Below, piece by piece: positions 1-9,735 of a DNA stretch of 43,753 nucleotides. Positions within the stretch are counted from its first letter, which is position 1, and each line of letters starts with the position of its first letter. The stretch lies in the NCBI GenBank assembly GCA_003558335.1, contig PWMA01000154.1:1-43753 (forward strand), given 5' to 3'. Position numbers and translations under genes: made by a program. Origin of the DNA: Candidatus Methanofastidiosia archaeon. GTDB taxonomy: Archaea > Methanobacteriota_B > Thermococci > Methanofastidiosales > Methanofastidiosaceae. The notes beneath the pieces were generated by a model. It did not search any database. It was not told the origin of the DNA and was given only the letters and a program-made list of their open reading frames with translations.

Positions 1-2972
1 ACATGGTCAAGGCCGCCATAACCGATATCGTATGCCCAACCATCTCCACCCAATAACCAGACGCTTTTTTTAACTAATGAATCGGCTAAACTCAATAGAT
101 CTTTAGCTTCAGATTTTTCAATAGATTTAAGTTTGTCTTTCAAAATTTTTACCGATTCTCTCTGTTTATTTATTCCATCTTCAGTATCTTGTTTGGTATT
201 TTTTATTTCGGAAACTAAATCATTTCCAAGATCATCGACAAGTTTTTCAAGTAACTCTATTGCATATTCTCTCTGCTTATCTACAGCAAGTCTCATTCCT
301 AATCCAAATTCTGCTGTATCTTCAAAAAGTGAGTTTGACCATGTTGGCCCTAGACCGTCCTTGTTTTTACAATAAGGCGTTGTTGGCAAGTTTCCTCCGT
401 AAATGGACGAGCATCCTGTAGCATTTGCTATAAAGGCTCTATCTCCGAATAATTGAGTCAATAGCTTTACGTAAGGAGTTTGACCGCAACCCGAGCAAGC
501 ACCACAAAATTCAAAAAGAGGTTCTAAAAGTTGCACATCTTTTACTTTTGACATATTTAACTTATCGCGATTAACATAAGGTATAGATTCAAAAAATTCC
601 CATTTTTCTTTTTCCCGGTCTAGAATTGGATCTTTGAATTCTATATTAACAGCCTTTAATTTAGGGTCTTGTTTATCTTTTACAGGGCATACTTCATAAC
701 ACAGTGTACAACCAATACAATCTTCGGGCGAAGCCTGAACAGTGTACATGTAATCTTTAAATTGAGAAAATTTTGACTTTGCATATTTAAATGATTTTGG
801 AGCATTTTTTAGAGTTTCTTCTGGATAGACTTTGGCCCTTATGACTGTGTGAGGGCATACAAAGCTACATTTGCCACACTGTATACATATCTCATTGTTC
901 CATACCGGCACTTCAAGGGATATATTTCTTTTTTCCCATTTTGTTGTGGCAGTAGGGTATGTACCATCATCAGGAAATGCACTTACCGGAAGATCATCCC
1001 CTTTTCCTATAACTATTTTAGAAATTACGTTTTTAACAAATTTCGGGGCCTCTTCAGGCATTGAAGTTTTTATATCGTGATCACTTGTCGCTTTTTCTGG
1101 CACTTCTATTTCATATAGATTATCAAGCGCTTTGTCAATTGCCTCATAGTTCATCTTCAATATTTTTTCTCCCTTTTTACCATAAGCCTCTTCTGTATGC
1201 TTTTTGATCGATTTAATTGCATCTTCTTTAGGTATAATATTGCTTAAGGCGAAAAAACATGTTTGCATAATTGTATTAATTCTGGATCCCAGGCCTATTT
1301 CTTTGGCTATGTCGTAAGCATCAATGGCATAAAATTTAATTTTTTTGTCTATTATTTGTTGTTGGACTGTTTTGGGGAGATGTTTCCACACCTCTTCTTT
1401 AGGATATGGGCTATTCAAAAGAAATATTGCATTTTCCTCAGCTATTCCTAACATATCATATTTTTCTATGAAAGAACTTTGGTGACAAGCAACAAAGTTT
1501 GCTTTATCTACTAAATATGGCGATTTTATCGGCTCTGGTCCAAATCTTAAATGGGAAATTGTAAGAGATCCAGCTTTTTTTGAATCATAATGGAAAAATC
1601 CTTGGGCATAGTTGTCTGTTTCCTCTCCAATTATCTTTATTGAGTTTTTGTTAGCACTGACTGTTCCGTCAGAACCTAGGCCAAAGAAAACTGCTCTAGT
1701 CCTATTTTCTGGCTCAACAAAAAAGTTTGTATCATATTCAAGGCTTTTATTTGTTACATCATCCTTAATTCCTACTGTAAACCTGTTTTTAGAAGAACTT
1801 TTTTTTAGTTCATCAAAAACTGCCTTTACCATCGATGGTTTAAATTCCTTTGAGGATAATCCATATATGCCTCCAATTATTTTTGGCATTTCTTTCATAT
1901 CCAACATACCGTCTGAAAATGCAGAGGCGATAGCAGCTTTTATATCTAGGTAAAGAGGCTCTCCTAGAGATCCAGGTTCTTTTGTCCTATCAAGGACCGC
2001 AATACTTTTTGTTGAAACAGGAAGTGATGAAATAAAATGCTTCAAAGAAAAAGGCCTGTAAAGTCTTACTTTTACGACTCCAACTTTTTCTCCATTACTA
2101 TTGAGATAATTTACAGTTTCCTCTACAGTTTCTGCCCCGCTTCCCATTATAACAATAATCCTTTCGGCATCTTGGGCCCCACTGTATTGGAAAAGCTCAT
2201 ACTTTCTACCTACAATTTTTTCAAATTTTTCCATAGTGTCTTGGACTATATCAGGACAAGCACTATAATAAGGATTTATAGTTTCTCTTGCCTGAAAAAA
2301 TGTATCGGGGTTATGTGAAGTTCCTCTTATTATTGGATTATCAGGAGATAGAGCTCTTTTTCGATGCGCTATCACTAAATCTTGATCTATCATTTCTTTA
2401 AAATCATCGTTTGTTAAAAGCTCAACTTTGGAAGTTTCAGCCGATGTTCTAAAACCATCAAAGAAATGTAAAAATGGAACTCTTGACTTTAAAGATGCAG
2501 CTTGAGCAATAAGTGCAAAATCCATTACTTCTTGGACTGAATTTGATGCCATTAATGCAAATCCTGTTGAACGGACTGACATTACATCACTATGATCACA
2601 AAAAATTGATAGCGCATGAGTTGCAAGAGTTCTAGCACTTACGTGAAAAACAGTTGGCGTAAGCTCGCCTGCTATTTTGTACATGTTGGGTATCATTAGA
2701 AGAAGCCCTTGTGAGGCAGTAAATGTTGTGGTAAGCGCACCAGTTTGTAGTGATCCATGTATGGCTGCGGCTGCGCCTGCTTCACTTTGCATTTCAGTTA
2801 CATGAGGAATCGAACCCCAAATATTTGGCTTTTCCTCAGATGCCCATTGATCAGATAATTCGCCCATTGTCGATGAAGGAGTAATAGGGTAGATTGATAT
2901 AACCTCATTAACGTGATAAGCTGTATGTGTAGCAGCTTCATTTCCATCAATAGTAACTTTTTCTCTATTCAT
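1..2972 (-). CDS. nifJ: pyruvate:ferredoxin (flavodoxin) oxidoreductase, single-polypeptide NifJ type; C-terminal end runs off the window
   Basis: Absent from the ORF track because no stop lies in the window. Reverse-strand translation from ATG at 2972 gives MNREKVTIDGNEAATHTAYHVNEVISIYPITPSS... and stays open for 990 codons. It has two 4Fe-4S ferredoxin motifs (CIQCGKCSFVCPH, CIGCTLCYEVCP) and the TPP motif GGDGWAYDIGYGGLDHV at the window edge. The short plus-strand ORFs at 133-2318 are shadows of this gene. Confidence 0.9.
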   Translation of the reverse strand, partial: MNREKVTIDGNEAATHTAYHVNEVISIYPITPSSTMGELSDQWASEEKPNIWGSIPHVTEMQSEAGAAAAIHGSLQTGALTTTFTASQGLLLMIPNMYKIAGELTPTVFHVSARTLATHALSIFCDHSDVMSVRSTGFALMASNSVQEVMDFALIAQAASLKSRVPFLHFFDGFRTSAETSKVELLTNDDFKEMIDQDLVIAHRKRALSPDNPIIRGTSHNPDTFFQARETINPYYSACPDIVQDTMEKFEKIVGRKYELFQYSGAQDAERIIVIMGSGAETVEETVNYLNSNGEKVGVVKVRLYRPFSLKHFISSLPVSTKSIAVLDRTKEPGSLGEPLYLDIKAAIASAFSDGMLDMKEMPKIIGGIYGLSSKEFKPSMVKAVFDELKKSSSKNRFTVGIKDDVTNKSLEYDTNFFVEPENRTRAVFFGLGSDGTVSANKNSIKIIGEETDNYAQGFFHYDSKKAGSLTISHLRFGPEPIKSPYLVDKANFVACHQSSFIEKYDMLGIAEENAIFLLNSPYPKEEVWKHLPKTVQQQIIDKKIKFYAIDAYDIAKEIGLGSRINTIMQTCFFALSNIIPKEDAIKSIKKHTEEAYGKKGEKILKMNYEAIDKALDNLYEIEVPEKATSDHDIKTSMPEEAPKFVKNVISKIVIGKGDDLPVSAFPDDGTYPTATTKWEKRNISLEVPVWNNEICIQCGKCSFVCPHTVIRAKVYPEETLKNAPKSFKYAKSKFSQFKDYMYTVQASPEDCIGCTLCYEVCPVKDKQDPKLKAVNIEFKDPILDREKEKWEFFESIPYVNRDKLNMSKVKDVQLLEPLFEFCGACSGCGQTPYVKLLTQLFGDRAFIANATGCSSIYGGNLPTTPYCKNKDGLGPTWSNSLFEDTAEFGLGMRLAVDKQREYAIELLEKLVDDLGNDLVSEIKNTKQDTEDGINKQRESVKILKDKLKSIEKSEAKDLLSLADSLVKKSVWLLGGDGWAYDIGYGGLDH

Positions 2973-3065
2973 TAATTTCACCATTAACTAACTAAGTCCT
3001 TAATTAAAATTAAAAAATTAAAATATAAAGTTATCCCTACAAGATTCTTTTTTATGTATATTAAT

Positions 3066-3578
3066 TCAAACCCACTTGTTGTATTTAATTCTTTCACTTT
3101 TGAATCTCTCGATAGGTTTTGGCACCTCTAGAGGATATCCCATTATTACTACTGAAAGGGGAAATATTTTTTCGGGAATTCCAAGTAAATCTCTATACCC
3201 CTTCACTTTATCTTCTAGAGGGTATATGCCTGACCATACTGCACCTATACCAAGATCATGAGCGGCAAGCAAAATATTTTGAGTTGCTGCAGAACAATCT
3301 TGAACCCAAAATCCAGGATATTTTTCTAAACTTGGATCTCCACAAATAACTATTGCTGCAGAAGCTTCTTTTGCCATAGGAGCGTATAGACTTACTTTTG
3401 GTATCTCCTCTAAGATACTTTTTTCGTCTATGACCATAAAATGCCATGGCTGTTGATTACCTGCCGAAGGTGCATTCATTGCCGCTTTAAGTAATTTATC
3501 AATAATCTCCTTAGATATCTCTTTATCAGTAAATTTTCTTACACTTCTTCTAGTACTAATCGCTTCAAGAGTTTCCAT
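3066..3578 (-). CDS. nitroreductase family protein (FMN-dependent)
   Basis: METLEAISTRRSVRKFTDKEI...APSAGNQQPWHF is a typical nitroreductase N-terminus. The start is moved to the internal ATG at 3578, which is preceded by GGAGAG. The 29 extra upstream codons in the track look non-coding. Confidence 0.8.
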   Translation of the reverse strand: METLEAISTRRSVRKFTDKEISKEIIDKLLKAAMNAPSAGNQQPWHFMVIDEKSILEEIPKVSLYAPMAKEASAAIVICGDPSLEKYPGFWVQDCSAATQNILLAAHDLGIGAVWSGIYPLEDKVKGYRDLLGIPEKIFPLSVVIMGYPLEVPKPIERFKSERIKYNKWV

Positions 3579-3682
3579 ATTAATCTCTCCTTTTTCGTTT
3601 TGGTATTTTAAATTTATATGTTTATTCCAAAAAACCGAAACTATTATAAAATTCATCATCTTCAATAAACTTAGGTAAACAC

Positions 3683-3976
3683 ATGAGCTCGATTAGAATT
3701 ATAGTCCTCGATGTACTAAAACCCCACAAACCAATAATTCCTGACTTTGCAAATAAATTGGCGGAAATTCCAGGGATTATAGGTATAAATATTTCAGTAA
3801 TAGAAATAGATCAAAAGACTGAAACAGTTAAACTTTCAATACAAGGTGATTCGATTGATTACGAATCAATAAAACAAGAGATAGAAAAATTAGGTGGAAC
3901 TGTACACAGTATAGATAAAGTAGTTGCAGGAACAAGGATCATTCCAGAAGTTGAAACCTTGCAAGATAGGTCCTAA
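3683..3976 (+). CDS. DUF211-family small archaeal protein
   Basis: IRIIVLDVLKPHKP...INISVIEIDQKTETVKLSIQGDSIDYESIKQEIEKLGGTVHSID matches the recalled DUF211 pattern. Confidence 0.65.
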   Translation: MSSIRIIVLDVLKPHKPIIPDFANKLAEIPGIIGINISVIEIDQKTETVKLSIQGDSIDYESIKQEIEKLGGTVHSIDKVVAGTRIIPEVETLQDRS

Positions 3977-4260
3977 TTTCCTCTGTTTTTTCTTATCTCT
4001 TTTGATATTTTTTTAAGTATCTCATTTTTAGAAAACTTTTTTTCAACTAAAAATCTTCCAATATTTCTTTCTACCTTCCCCTGATCTTTTGGATATTTTA
4101 GATTTTTTTCAAGTTCATACTTTATTTTAATTGTATCCAAAGCTTTTTTAATCTCATCTAAATTCGGATTTTCCACAGCTAGATTCTTTGGAAGCTTTCT
4201 TCCATCTTTCTTTGAAAGCTTTTTATCAAGGTATGCTGGCCATATAATATAATCCTTCAA
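3973..4260 (-). CDS. srp19: signal recognition particle protein SRP19
   Basis: IWPAYLDKKLSKKDGRKLPKNLAVENPNLDEI is the SRP19 signature N-terminus. Length is 95 aa. Confidence 0.85.
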   Translation of the reverse strand: MKDYIIWPAYLDKKLSKKDGRKLPKNLAVENPNLDEIKKALDTIKIKYELEKNLKYPKDQGKVERNIGRFLVEKKFSKNEILKKISKEIRKNRGN

Positions 4261-4322
4261 AAGTATCCCCCTAACCTTTTAAGTAATCATTTAACATTAC
4301 ATAAAAGTGTATTGGTGATCAA

Positions 4323-4685
4323 ATGCATGAACTTTCGCTTGCCAACGGAATGTTAAAAACTGTAATAAATGCAGCTCAAAATCAAAATGCTAAAAAAATA
4401 AAATCAATTAAACTTGAGATGGGTGAAATACTTCTTGTTAATCCTGAACAACTTATATTTTGTTTTGATGTAATTTCAAAAGGGACAATAGCGGAAGGAG
4501 CTAAAATTGAGATTACCTTTTTAAAACCAAGAATTCGTTGCAATAGTTGTGACAAAGAATTTAATATTAGCTCAGAAAAAGATTTTCCTTTGCTTTCAAT
4601 AGTTTGCAAATGTGGATCTAAAGATGTTAAAATAATGACTGGTCGTGAGTTTAATATAAAATCTATAAAAATTGAAGAAAGCTAA
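4323..4685 (+). CDS. hypA: hydrogenase nickel incorporation protein HypA
   Basis: MHELSLANGML N-terminus (nickel site MHE) and a C-terminal CxxC...CxC zinc site (CNSCDKEF...CKCGS). Confidence 0.85.
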   Translation: MHELSLANGMLKTVINAAQNQNAKKIKSIKLEMGEILLVNPEQLIFCFDVISKGTIAEGAKIEITFLKPRIRCNSCDKEFNISSEKDFPLLSIVCKCGSKDVKIMTGREFNIKSIKIEES

Positions 4686-5848
4686 CTTTTTGATAGAAAT
4701 CTTTCTAATCTATCGCACGCCTCATCAATCTTTTCTTTTTTAAGAGGATAGGCAAGTCTTACATAATCATCAGAGTACTGTCCAAAAGCAGAGCCAGGAA
4801 CCGTGACTACTTTTTCTGCTTTAAGCAGTTTTTCAGAAAACTCTTCTGAACCCATTTTTGTTTGAGATATGTTCATAAATAAGTAAAATGCACCTTTAGG
4901 ATTAATTGCACTTACATTTTCCATTTTTTTCACTCTTTTAAAAAGTAAATTTTTTCTATTTTCAAACTCATCTCTCATATTCTTCACAAATTCTTGAGGC
5001 CCATTTAGAGCTTCCAAAGCACCAAATTGGGCAAATGTGTTATTACAAACTGGGCCGTACATGTGAAGTTTTAGCATTCTATCAAAAAGCACTTCATCCT
5101 TTGAAGATAGATATCCTACTCTCCATCCAGTCATAGAATAAGTTTTAGAAAAAGAATTCACCGTTATGACATTTTTTGCCATTCCATTAAGAGATGCAAT
5201 ACTTGTATGTTTTTTGCCATCATATATAAGATTCTCATAAACTTCGTCAGAGATTACTTTTAGATTGTATTCAATTACAATATCAGAAATCTTTTCCAAA
5301 TCTTTTTTATCTATAACAGCGCCCGTTGGATTTGTAGGTGAATTTAGTATCAATAGTTCTGTATTTTCAGTTATCTTTTCTTCTAAAGCATCGGCATTTA
5401 AAATAAAATTTTCATCTTCTAAACATTCAACCTCTATAGGTTTTCCTCCGGATAGAATAATTGTAGGTACATAAGCAACAAATGCAGGCGATGGAACTAA
5501 AACAGAATCACCTGTTTTGATTAAAGATTGAATTGCAAGTGATAAAGCTTCTCCTCCTCCAACAGTAATCATAATTTCATTTTCAGAAACATCAACATTG
5601 TTTTGTTTTTTCATTTTTTTAGAAACTGCTTTCCTTAAATCCAAGAGTCCAGCATTTGGAGAATATGATGTTTTTCCTTTTTCTAAAGCTTTAATAGATG
5701 CTCTAACTATGTGAGGAGGTGTATCAAAGTCCGGTTCACCTATTCCAAGATTTATTGCACCTTCCATGCCTTGGGCAAGGTCAAATAGTCTTCTAATGCC
5801 TGATTTAGGGATGCTGTCAAGTGCCGAAGGTATAGAATATTTTGTCAT
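4682..5848 (-). CDS. class I/II PLP-dependent aminotransferase (aspartate/aromatic type)
   Basis: 388 aa with the SFSKTYSMTGWRVGY PLP-lysine motif and NPTG motif. Confidence 0.85.
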   Translation of the reverse strand: MTKYSIPSALDSIPKSGIRRLFDLAQGMEGAINLGIGEPDFDTPPHIVRASIKALEKGKTSYSPNAGLLDLRKAVSKKMKKQNNVDVSENEIMITVGGGEALSLAIQSLIKTGDSVLVPSPAFVAYVPTIILSGGKPIEVECLEDENFILNADALEEKITENTELLILNSPTNPTGAVIDKKDLEKISDIVIEYNLKVISDEVYENLIYDGKKHTSIASLNGMAKNVITVNSFSKTYSMTGWRVGYLSSKDEVLFDRMLKLHMYGPVCNNTFAQFGALEALNGPQEFVKNMRDEFENRKNLLFKRVKKMENVSAINPKGAFYLFMNISQTKMGSEEFSEKLLKAEKVVTVPGSAFGQYSDDYVRLAYPLKKEKIDEACDRLERFLSKS

Positions 5849-5857
5849 ACTAATCCT

Positions 5858-7216
5858 CTAGTAATCAAAAAGTGTTTTTTGCTGATTTATTTCTTTTTTT
5901 AATTTTTGATCTTCTTTTTCTTTTGAAAACTCTTTTTTAGACTCTATTTTTTCTTCAGATGATTTTGGAATCACCCTATCTTTTTCCATTTTTTCTGGCT
6001 CCTTTAAAAGTTCTTCTCTTGCCAAAATTACTTTTCTATAATTTTTTTCATCAATAAACTTGATTTCTTCCATATCAAACTCAAAAAAATTAGCTATAAG
6101 TGCGCCTTTTTTCGGATTAAGAAATAAAGCTAATATCATTGGAAGGTAAGATTTTGCAACATTTTTAGAGCAGTGACATTTTTTTCCTATTTTTTCTAGA
6201 ATCTTTTTCTTCATTTCTCTCTTTTTTTTAGAAGATCCTAATATTTGAAAATATTTAGGCGGTGAGAAAGGTATGTATCTTGAATCTGTTTTTCCAACAA
6301 CAGAAACTCCACCTGTCATTAGGTCTGAGGCATACTTCCACATAGAATAATTTCTAGTATTAAATGCTCTTTTCAAGTAAATATCTGACTTTGAAAGAAG
6401 TGCCGAGGCTTGAATTAAATCATTACCTTTGTATGCCTTTGGAGTATTTTCATTTATCCAAAGAAGTAGTTCTTCTGGTTTTTTGTCAACATTAAAAAAT
6501 TCTTTTCTGACATCGATTGAATTAGACATATAGAGCTTTGACAAAGCTTCAAATATTGAGGTTTCAGTATCTCTAGAGCCGATTAGTTTTTCATCTCCTT
6601 TTACTAGCTTTTTACCTAATGAGTCCAGATCATTAATAGCTGCACGCATATCTCCTCCAGCTTGCTCTGCAACTTTCATTAATGTTTCTTCATCTGAAAC
6701 TATATTTTCAGCTAGTGCTATCTCTTTTAATCTTGAAAAAATAGTTCTTGATTGAAGTTTTTTAAATTGAATAAGTTTAGAGTTATCTCTTATCGATTGA
6801 GAAACTTCCCAATAACTATTTGCAGTAAGAATAATAGGATTTTGTGTATTTTTTATTATTTCTAGTAATGCCTTTGATCCTCCAAAATCTTCTTTCCCAT
6901 GAATGTTGTCTGCTTCATCAAGCAGTATTATTTTTTTATATCCAAAAAGAGTTTTTGAAGAAGCAGCATTTCCTACAATTCTGTTTAATATATGCTGATC
7001 TCTTTTGTCGCTTGCATTAAGTTCTATTAAATCGTACCCAAGATCTTTTGATAGTACCTTTACTAAGGTTGTTTTACCACTTCCAGGAGGGCCATAAATT
7101 AAAAGTGCCTTCTTTTCAACCCCCCAAGTGTTTATCCAAGCTAGGACGCTTTTTACAACTGCCTGTTGACCTTTTATTTCAGAAAAATTTTTTGGAAAAT
7201 ATTTTTCAACAAGCAT
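5858..7216 (-). CDS. rfcL: replication factor C large subunit
   Basis: EKYFPKNFSEIKGQ..., Walker A GPPGSGKTT, DEAD-like LLDEADN, and a lysine/glutamate-rich C-terminal tail. It sits directly downstream of rfcS. Confidence 0.85.
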   Translation of the reverse strand: MLVEKYFPKNFSEIKGQQAVVKSVLAWINTWGVEKKALLIYGPPGSGKTTLVKVLSKDLGYDLIELNASDKRDQHILNRIVGNAASSKTLFGYKKIILLDEADNIHGKEDFGGSKALLEIIKNTQNPIILTANSYWEVSQSIRDNSKLIQFKKLQSRTIFSRLKEIALAENIVSDEETLMKVAEQAGGDMRAAINDLDSLGKKLVKGDEKLIGSRDTETSIFEALSKLYMSNSIDVRKEFFNVDKKPEELLLWINENTPKAYKGNDLIQASALLSKSDIYLKRAFNTRNYSMWKYASDLMTGGVSVVGKTDSRYIPFSPPKYFQILGSSKKKREMKKKILEKIGKKCHCSKNVAKSYLPMILALFLNPKKGALIANFFEFDMEEIKFIDEKNYRKVILAREELLKEPEKMEKDRVIPKSSEEKIESKKEFSKEKEDQKLKKEINQQKTLFDY

Positions 7217-7217
7217 A

Positions 7218-8171
7218 TTATCTCTTTCCTAAAGAGAGATTTGCCAGAAGATATTCAAGCTGTATAAATTCATTTGCTCCCTGTACTAGTCTAAAATCTG
7301 CTTCACCTATCATATCAACTATCATAATTTTCTCTTTGTCAGAAACTTCTAAATTGAAAGTTTCTTTATGCATTTGCATTATTATATCTTCTCCAGACAA
7401 TCCCTGTTCTAAAATAAGTGTTTGAAGTATTTTTCTTGATGAAATATAATCTCCAGATAAAGCTACATGCATCATGTTTTTTATTTCTTCAGGTCTTGCC
7501 CTAGAAGTTACCTGATACACTAAACTTTCTGTTATAGAATCTCCTATACCTGAAGAGGCCTGAAGAGCATTTATTGCTCTTCTCATATCGCCTTCTGAAA
7601 CATAGGCAATTGCTTCAAGACCATCCTCTTTAAGATCGATATTTTCTTCTTTTGATATCTTTTTAATCATTATTTTTATAGCCTCATTTGATAAAGGTCC
7701 GAATCTAAATATTGCACACCTAGATTGTATAGGATCAATTATTCTTGAAGAGTAATTGCATGAAAGAATGAATCTACAAGTTGAGGTGTAGACCTCCATA
7801 GTTCTTCTCAGAGCATTTTGAGCATCTGAAGTAAGTGCATCTGATTCATCTAAAAAGATTATCTTGAAATCTCCACCTATAGGTTTTGTTCTTGCAAAAT
7901 CTTTAATTTTTTCCCTTACAACACTTATACCTCTTTCGTCAGAAGCATTTGTTTCTTGAAAATTTTGTCTCCAATATTCACCAAAAATCTCCTTTGCGAG
8001 AGCTATAGCCGCTGTAGTCTTTCCAACTCCAGGCGGTCCAGCAAATAATAAATGAGGCATTGATTTTTTATTAACGTAAGAGTTAAGCCTTTTAATTATA
8101 TGTTCTCTCCCAACTATATCATTGAGTTTTTGCGGTCTGTACTTCTCAGTCCAAGGTCTTTCAAACTCCAT
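7218..8171 (-). CDS. rfcS: replication factor C small subunit
   Basis: PWTEKYRPQKLNDIVG, GPPGVGKTT, IIFLDESDALT and SRCAIFRF motifs. No intein is present. Confidence 0.95.
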   Translation of the reverse strand: MEFERPWTEKYRPQKLNDIVGREHIIKRLNSYVNKKSMPHLLFAGPPGVGKTTAAIALAKEIFGEYWRQNFQETNASDERGISVVREKIKDFARTKPIGGDFKIIFLDESDALTSDAQNALRRTMEVYTSTCRFILSCNYSSRIIDPIQSRCAIFRFGPLSNEAIKIMIKKISKEENIDLKEDGLEAIAYVSEGDMRRAINALQASSGIGDSITESLVYQVTSRARPEEIKNMMHVALSGDYISSRKILQTLILEQGLSGEDIIMQMHKETFNLEVSDKEKIMIVDMIGEADFRLVQGANEFIQLEYLLANLSLGKR

Positions 8172-8274
8172 TCCATCACAACTAATTATTCGTAATTGAC
8201 TAGATATTTAAATCTTATTGGATTAATTAGAACAAGATTACTATCAATAAAGGAATTTCTAATTTTTTAAATAT

Positions 8275-8736
8275 CTAATCACTTAACTGTAATTTTTTTA
8301 TCCTAATACCGGCATCTCTTATCATGTTCATTTTTATTTCATTGTCAAGGTCATAATCTCTTGAATACACTATCTCCTTAACTCCTGCGTTTATGAGTAT
8401 TTTTGTACAGGACATACAGGGAAAATGAGTAGAATATACCGTTGAATTTTCAGTTGACACTCCGTGAATGGCAGCTTGGATTATAGTATTTTGCTCTGCA
8501 TGAACGCCTCTACAGAGATAAGATTTCTCAAGAGAACTAAGTGTCTGACGAAGACAAGTTTCTTTTGAACAGTGCGGAAGCCCTCTAGGGGCTCCATTGT
8601 ATCCTGTGGAAATAATATGTCCGTCTTTAACTAATACAGCACCTACTTCTTGTTTTATACAAGTAGATCTTTTCTTAACCAATTCTGCAATACTCATAAA
8701 ATATGTATCTATGTCCATTCTTGTCATACAAATCAC
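8275..8736 (-). CDS. dCMP deaminase (ComEB/cytidine-deoxycytidylate deaminase family)
   Basis: Zinc motifs HAEQNTI and PCMSCTK. Length is about 150 aa. Confidence 0.85.
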   Translation of the reverse strand: MICMTRMDIDTYFMSIAELVKKRSTCIKQEVGAVLVKDGHIISTGYNGAPRGLPHCSKETCLRQTLSSLEKSYLCRGVHAEQNTIIQAAIHGVSTENSTVYSTHFPCMSCTKILINAGVKEIVYSRDYDLDNEIKMNMIRDAGIRIKKLQLSD

Positions 8737-8738
8737 TC

Positions 8739-9461
8739 TTATATGATAAAAAAATCTTTTGTAATTTTTCTTTTTTCTTCTATTGTTTTTCCTTCAAAAA
8801 GCTTATAGCATCCACAAGAAAACTTACCTTCTGTACATATACCCTCACTAATACATTTTGGTCCAGAAGATTCAAATATAGCAGGGGAAACTTCAAGAAC
8901 TTTGTATAAAATCTCCCAAGTCATATCTCTAATTTCCCATTGAGCCCTATTGCAGCATCTTAGATTGAAAAGATGAAGTAATTCTCTGGCATTCATAGTC
9001 ATAACAATATTTGTTTTTGTAGCATTTGGCAGTATAAATCTCGCGTCTTCTGGAGAAATCCCCAACTCAAGCAGCTTTTTGTAACTCTGAGTAGTATTAT
9101 TTAAACTTTGCTTGTAAATATCTTCAGCAGCTTTATTTTTCTTAATTGACGGAGGCGTAACAAATGGAACATCTTCCATCTTTACATATCTTTGACTTTG
9201 TTGAGTAAACGAAGCTATCCTATGTCTCACTAATTGATGGGAACAAGCTCTAGAAATACCTTCTATTGAGAACGTAAAACTTGCATGCTCTATAACTGAG
9301 TAGTGTCCATAACCAACAACTCTTTGAATCCTTTTTTTTGCATTATCTCTGTCAATTTCATTCGATATATCTGAAGGGGCACCTTCTTTCATTGATGTAA
9401 GGGCTGCCACAGCACATACTTTTTCTGGATTTTGAGTATATTCTAAAAGAACAACCTTCAT
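8739..9461 (-). CDS. thyX: flavin-dependent thymidylate synthase ThyX
   Basis: ThyX motif RHRIASFTQQSQRY. The start is taken at ATG 9461 (MKVVLLEY) rather than the track's TTG at 9479. A TTTATATA box on the minus strand lies about 25 nt upstream, suggesting a leaderless transcript. Confidence 0.85.
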   Translation of the reverse strand: MKVVLLEYTQNPEKVCAVAALTSMKEGAPSDISNEIDRDNAKKRIQRVVGYGHYSVIEHASFTFSIEGISRACSHQLVRHRIASFTQQSQRYVKMEDVPFVTPPSIKKNKAAEDIYKQSLNNTTQSYKKLLELGISPEDARFILPNATKTNIVMTMNARELLHLFNLRCCNRAQWEIRDMTWEILYKVLEVSPAIFESSGPKCISEGICTEGKFSCGCYKLFEGKTIEEKRKITKDFFII

Positions 9462-9480
9462 TAACTCGAATATGAGCAAA

Positions 9481-9493
9481 TATTATATAAAAC
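9481..9493 (-). promoter_or_regulatory. candidate TATA box for thyX (leaderless)
   Basis: The reverse complement reads GTTTTATATAATA, about 25 nt upstream of ATG 9461. Confidence 0.3.
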
Positions 9494-9551
9494 TAAGCAT
9501 TATCTCAAATAAGCTTTATTTAGTATAAATTGATATAAAAATAATCATAAT

Positions 9552-9563
9552 TATTGATTATCA
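9552..9563. promoter_or_regulatory. copy 1 of exact 12-mer TATTGATTATCA (embedded in palindrome ATTGAT-T-ATCAAT)
   Basis: Read directly in the 256-bp non-coding gap between thyX and the 87-aa ORF. Confidence 0.25.
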
Positions 9564-9697
9564 ATAGTTTTATTTCATTTAAATAATAACATCAATAATT
9601 TGTAAGGTATTAAGCCTTTTTTAGTTATATTTTGTAATCATTTTGGAACATTGTTATATATTATCGATATCGAAAAGCTTATAAACTGGTAACTGTA

Positions 9698-9709
9698 TAT
9701 TGATTATCA
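9698..9709. promoter_or_regulatory. copy 2 of exact 12-mer TATTGATTATCA, about 27 nt upstream of ATG 9736
   Basis: Same 12-mer as at 9552-9563, spaced 146 bp from copy 1. Confidence 0.25.
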
Positions 9710-9735
9710 GCTACTAAAAGGATAGGTGAGGTGTT

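Noticed and set aside
133-2318. Six plus-strand ORFs of 62-113 aa from the ORF track
   Set aside because: They have low-complexity, Ser/Phe/Ile-rich translations. They lie entirely antisense to a 990-codon open frame with clear PFOR motifs, so they are shadow ORFs.
9480-9735. Replication origin (long AT-rich spacer with repeats near the RFC, thyX and dCMP deaminase genes)
   Set aside because: There is no adjacent cdc6/orc1 gene. No ORB or mini-ORB-like repeats (GGA-containing dyads) were recognised, and only two copies of a short 12-mer are present.
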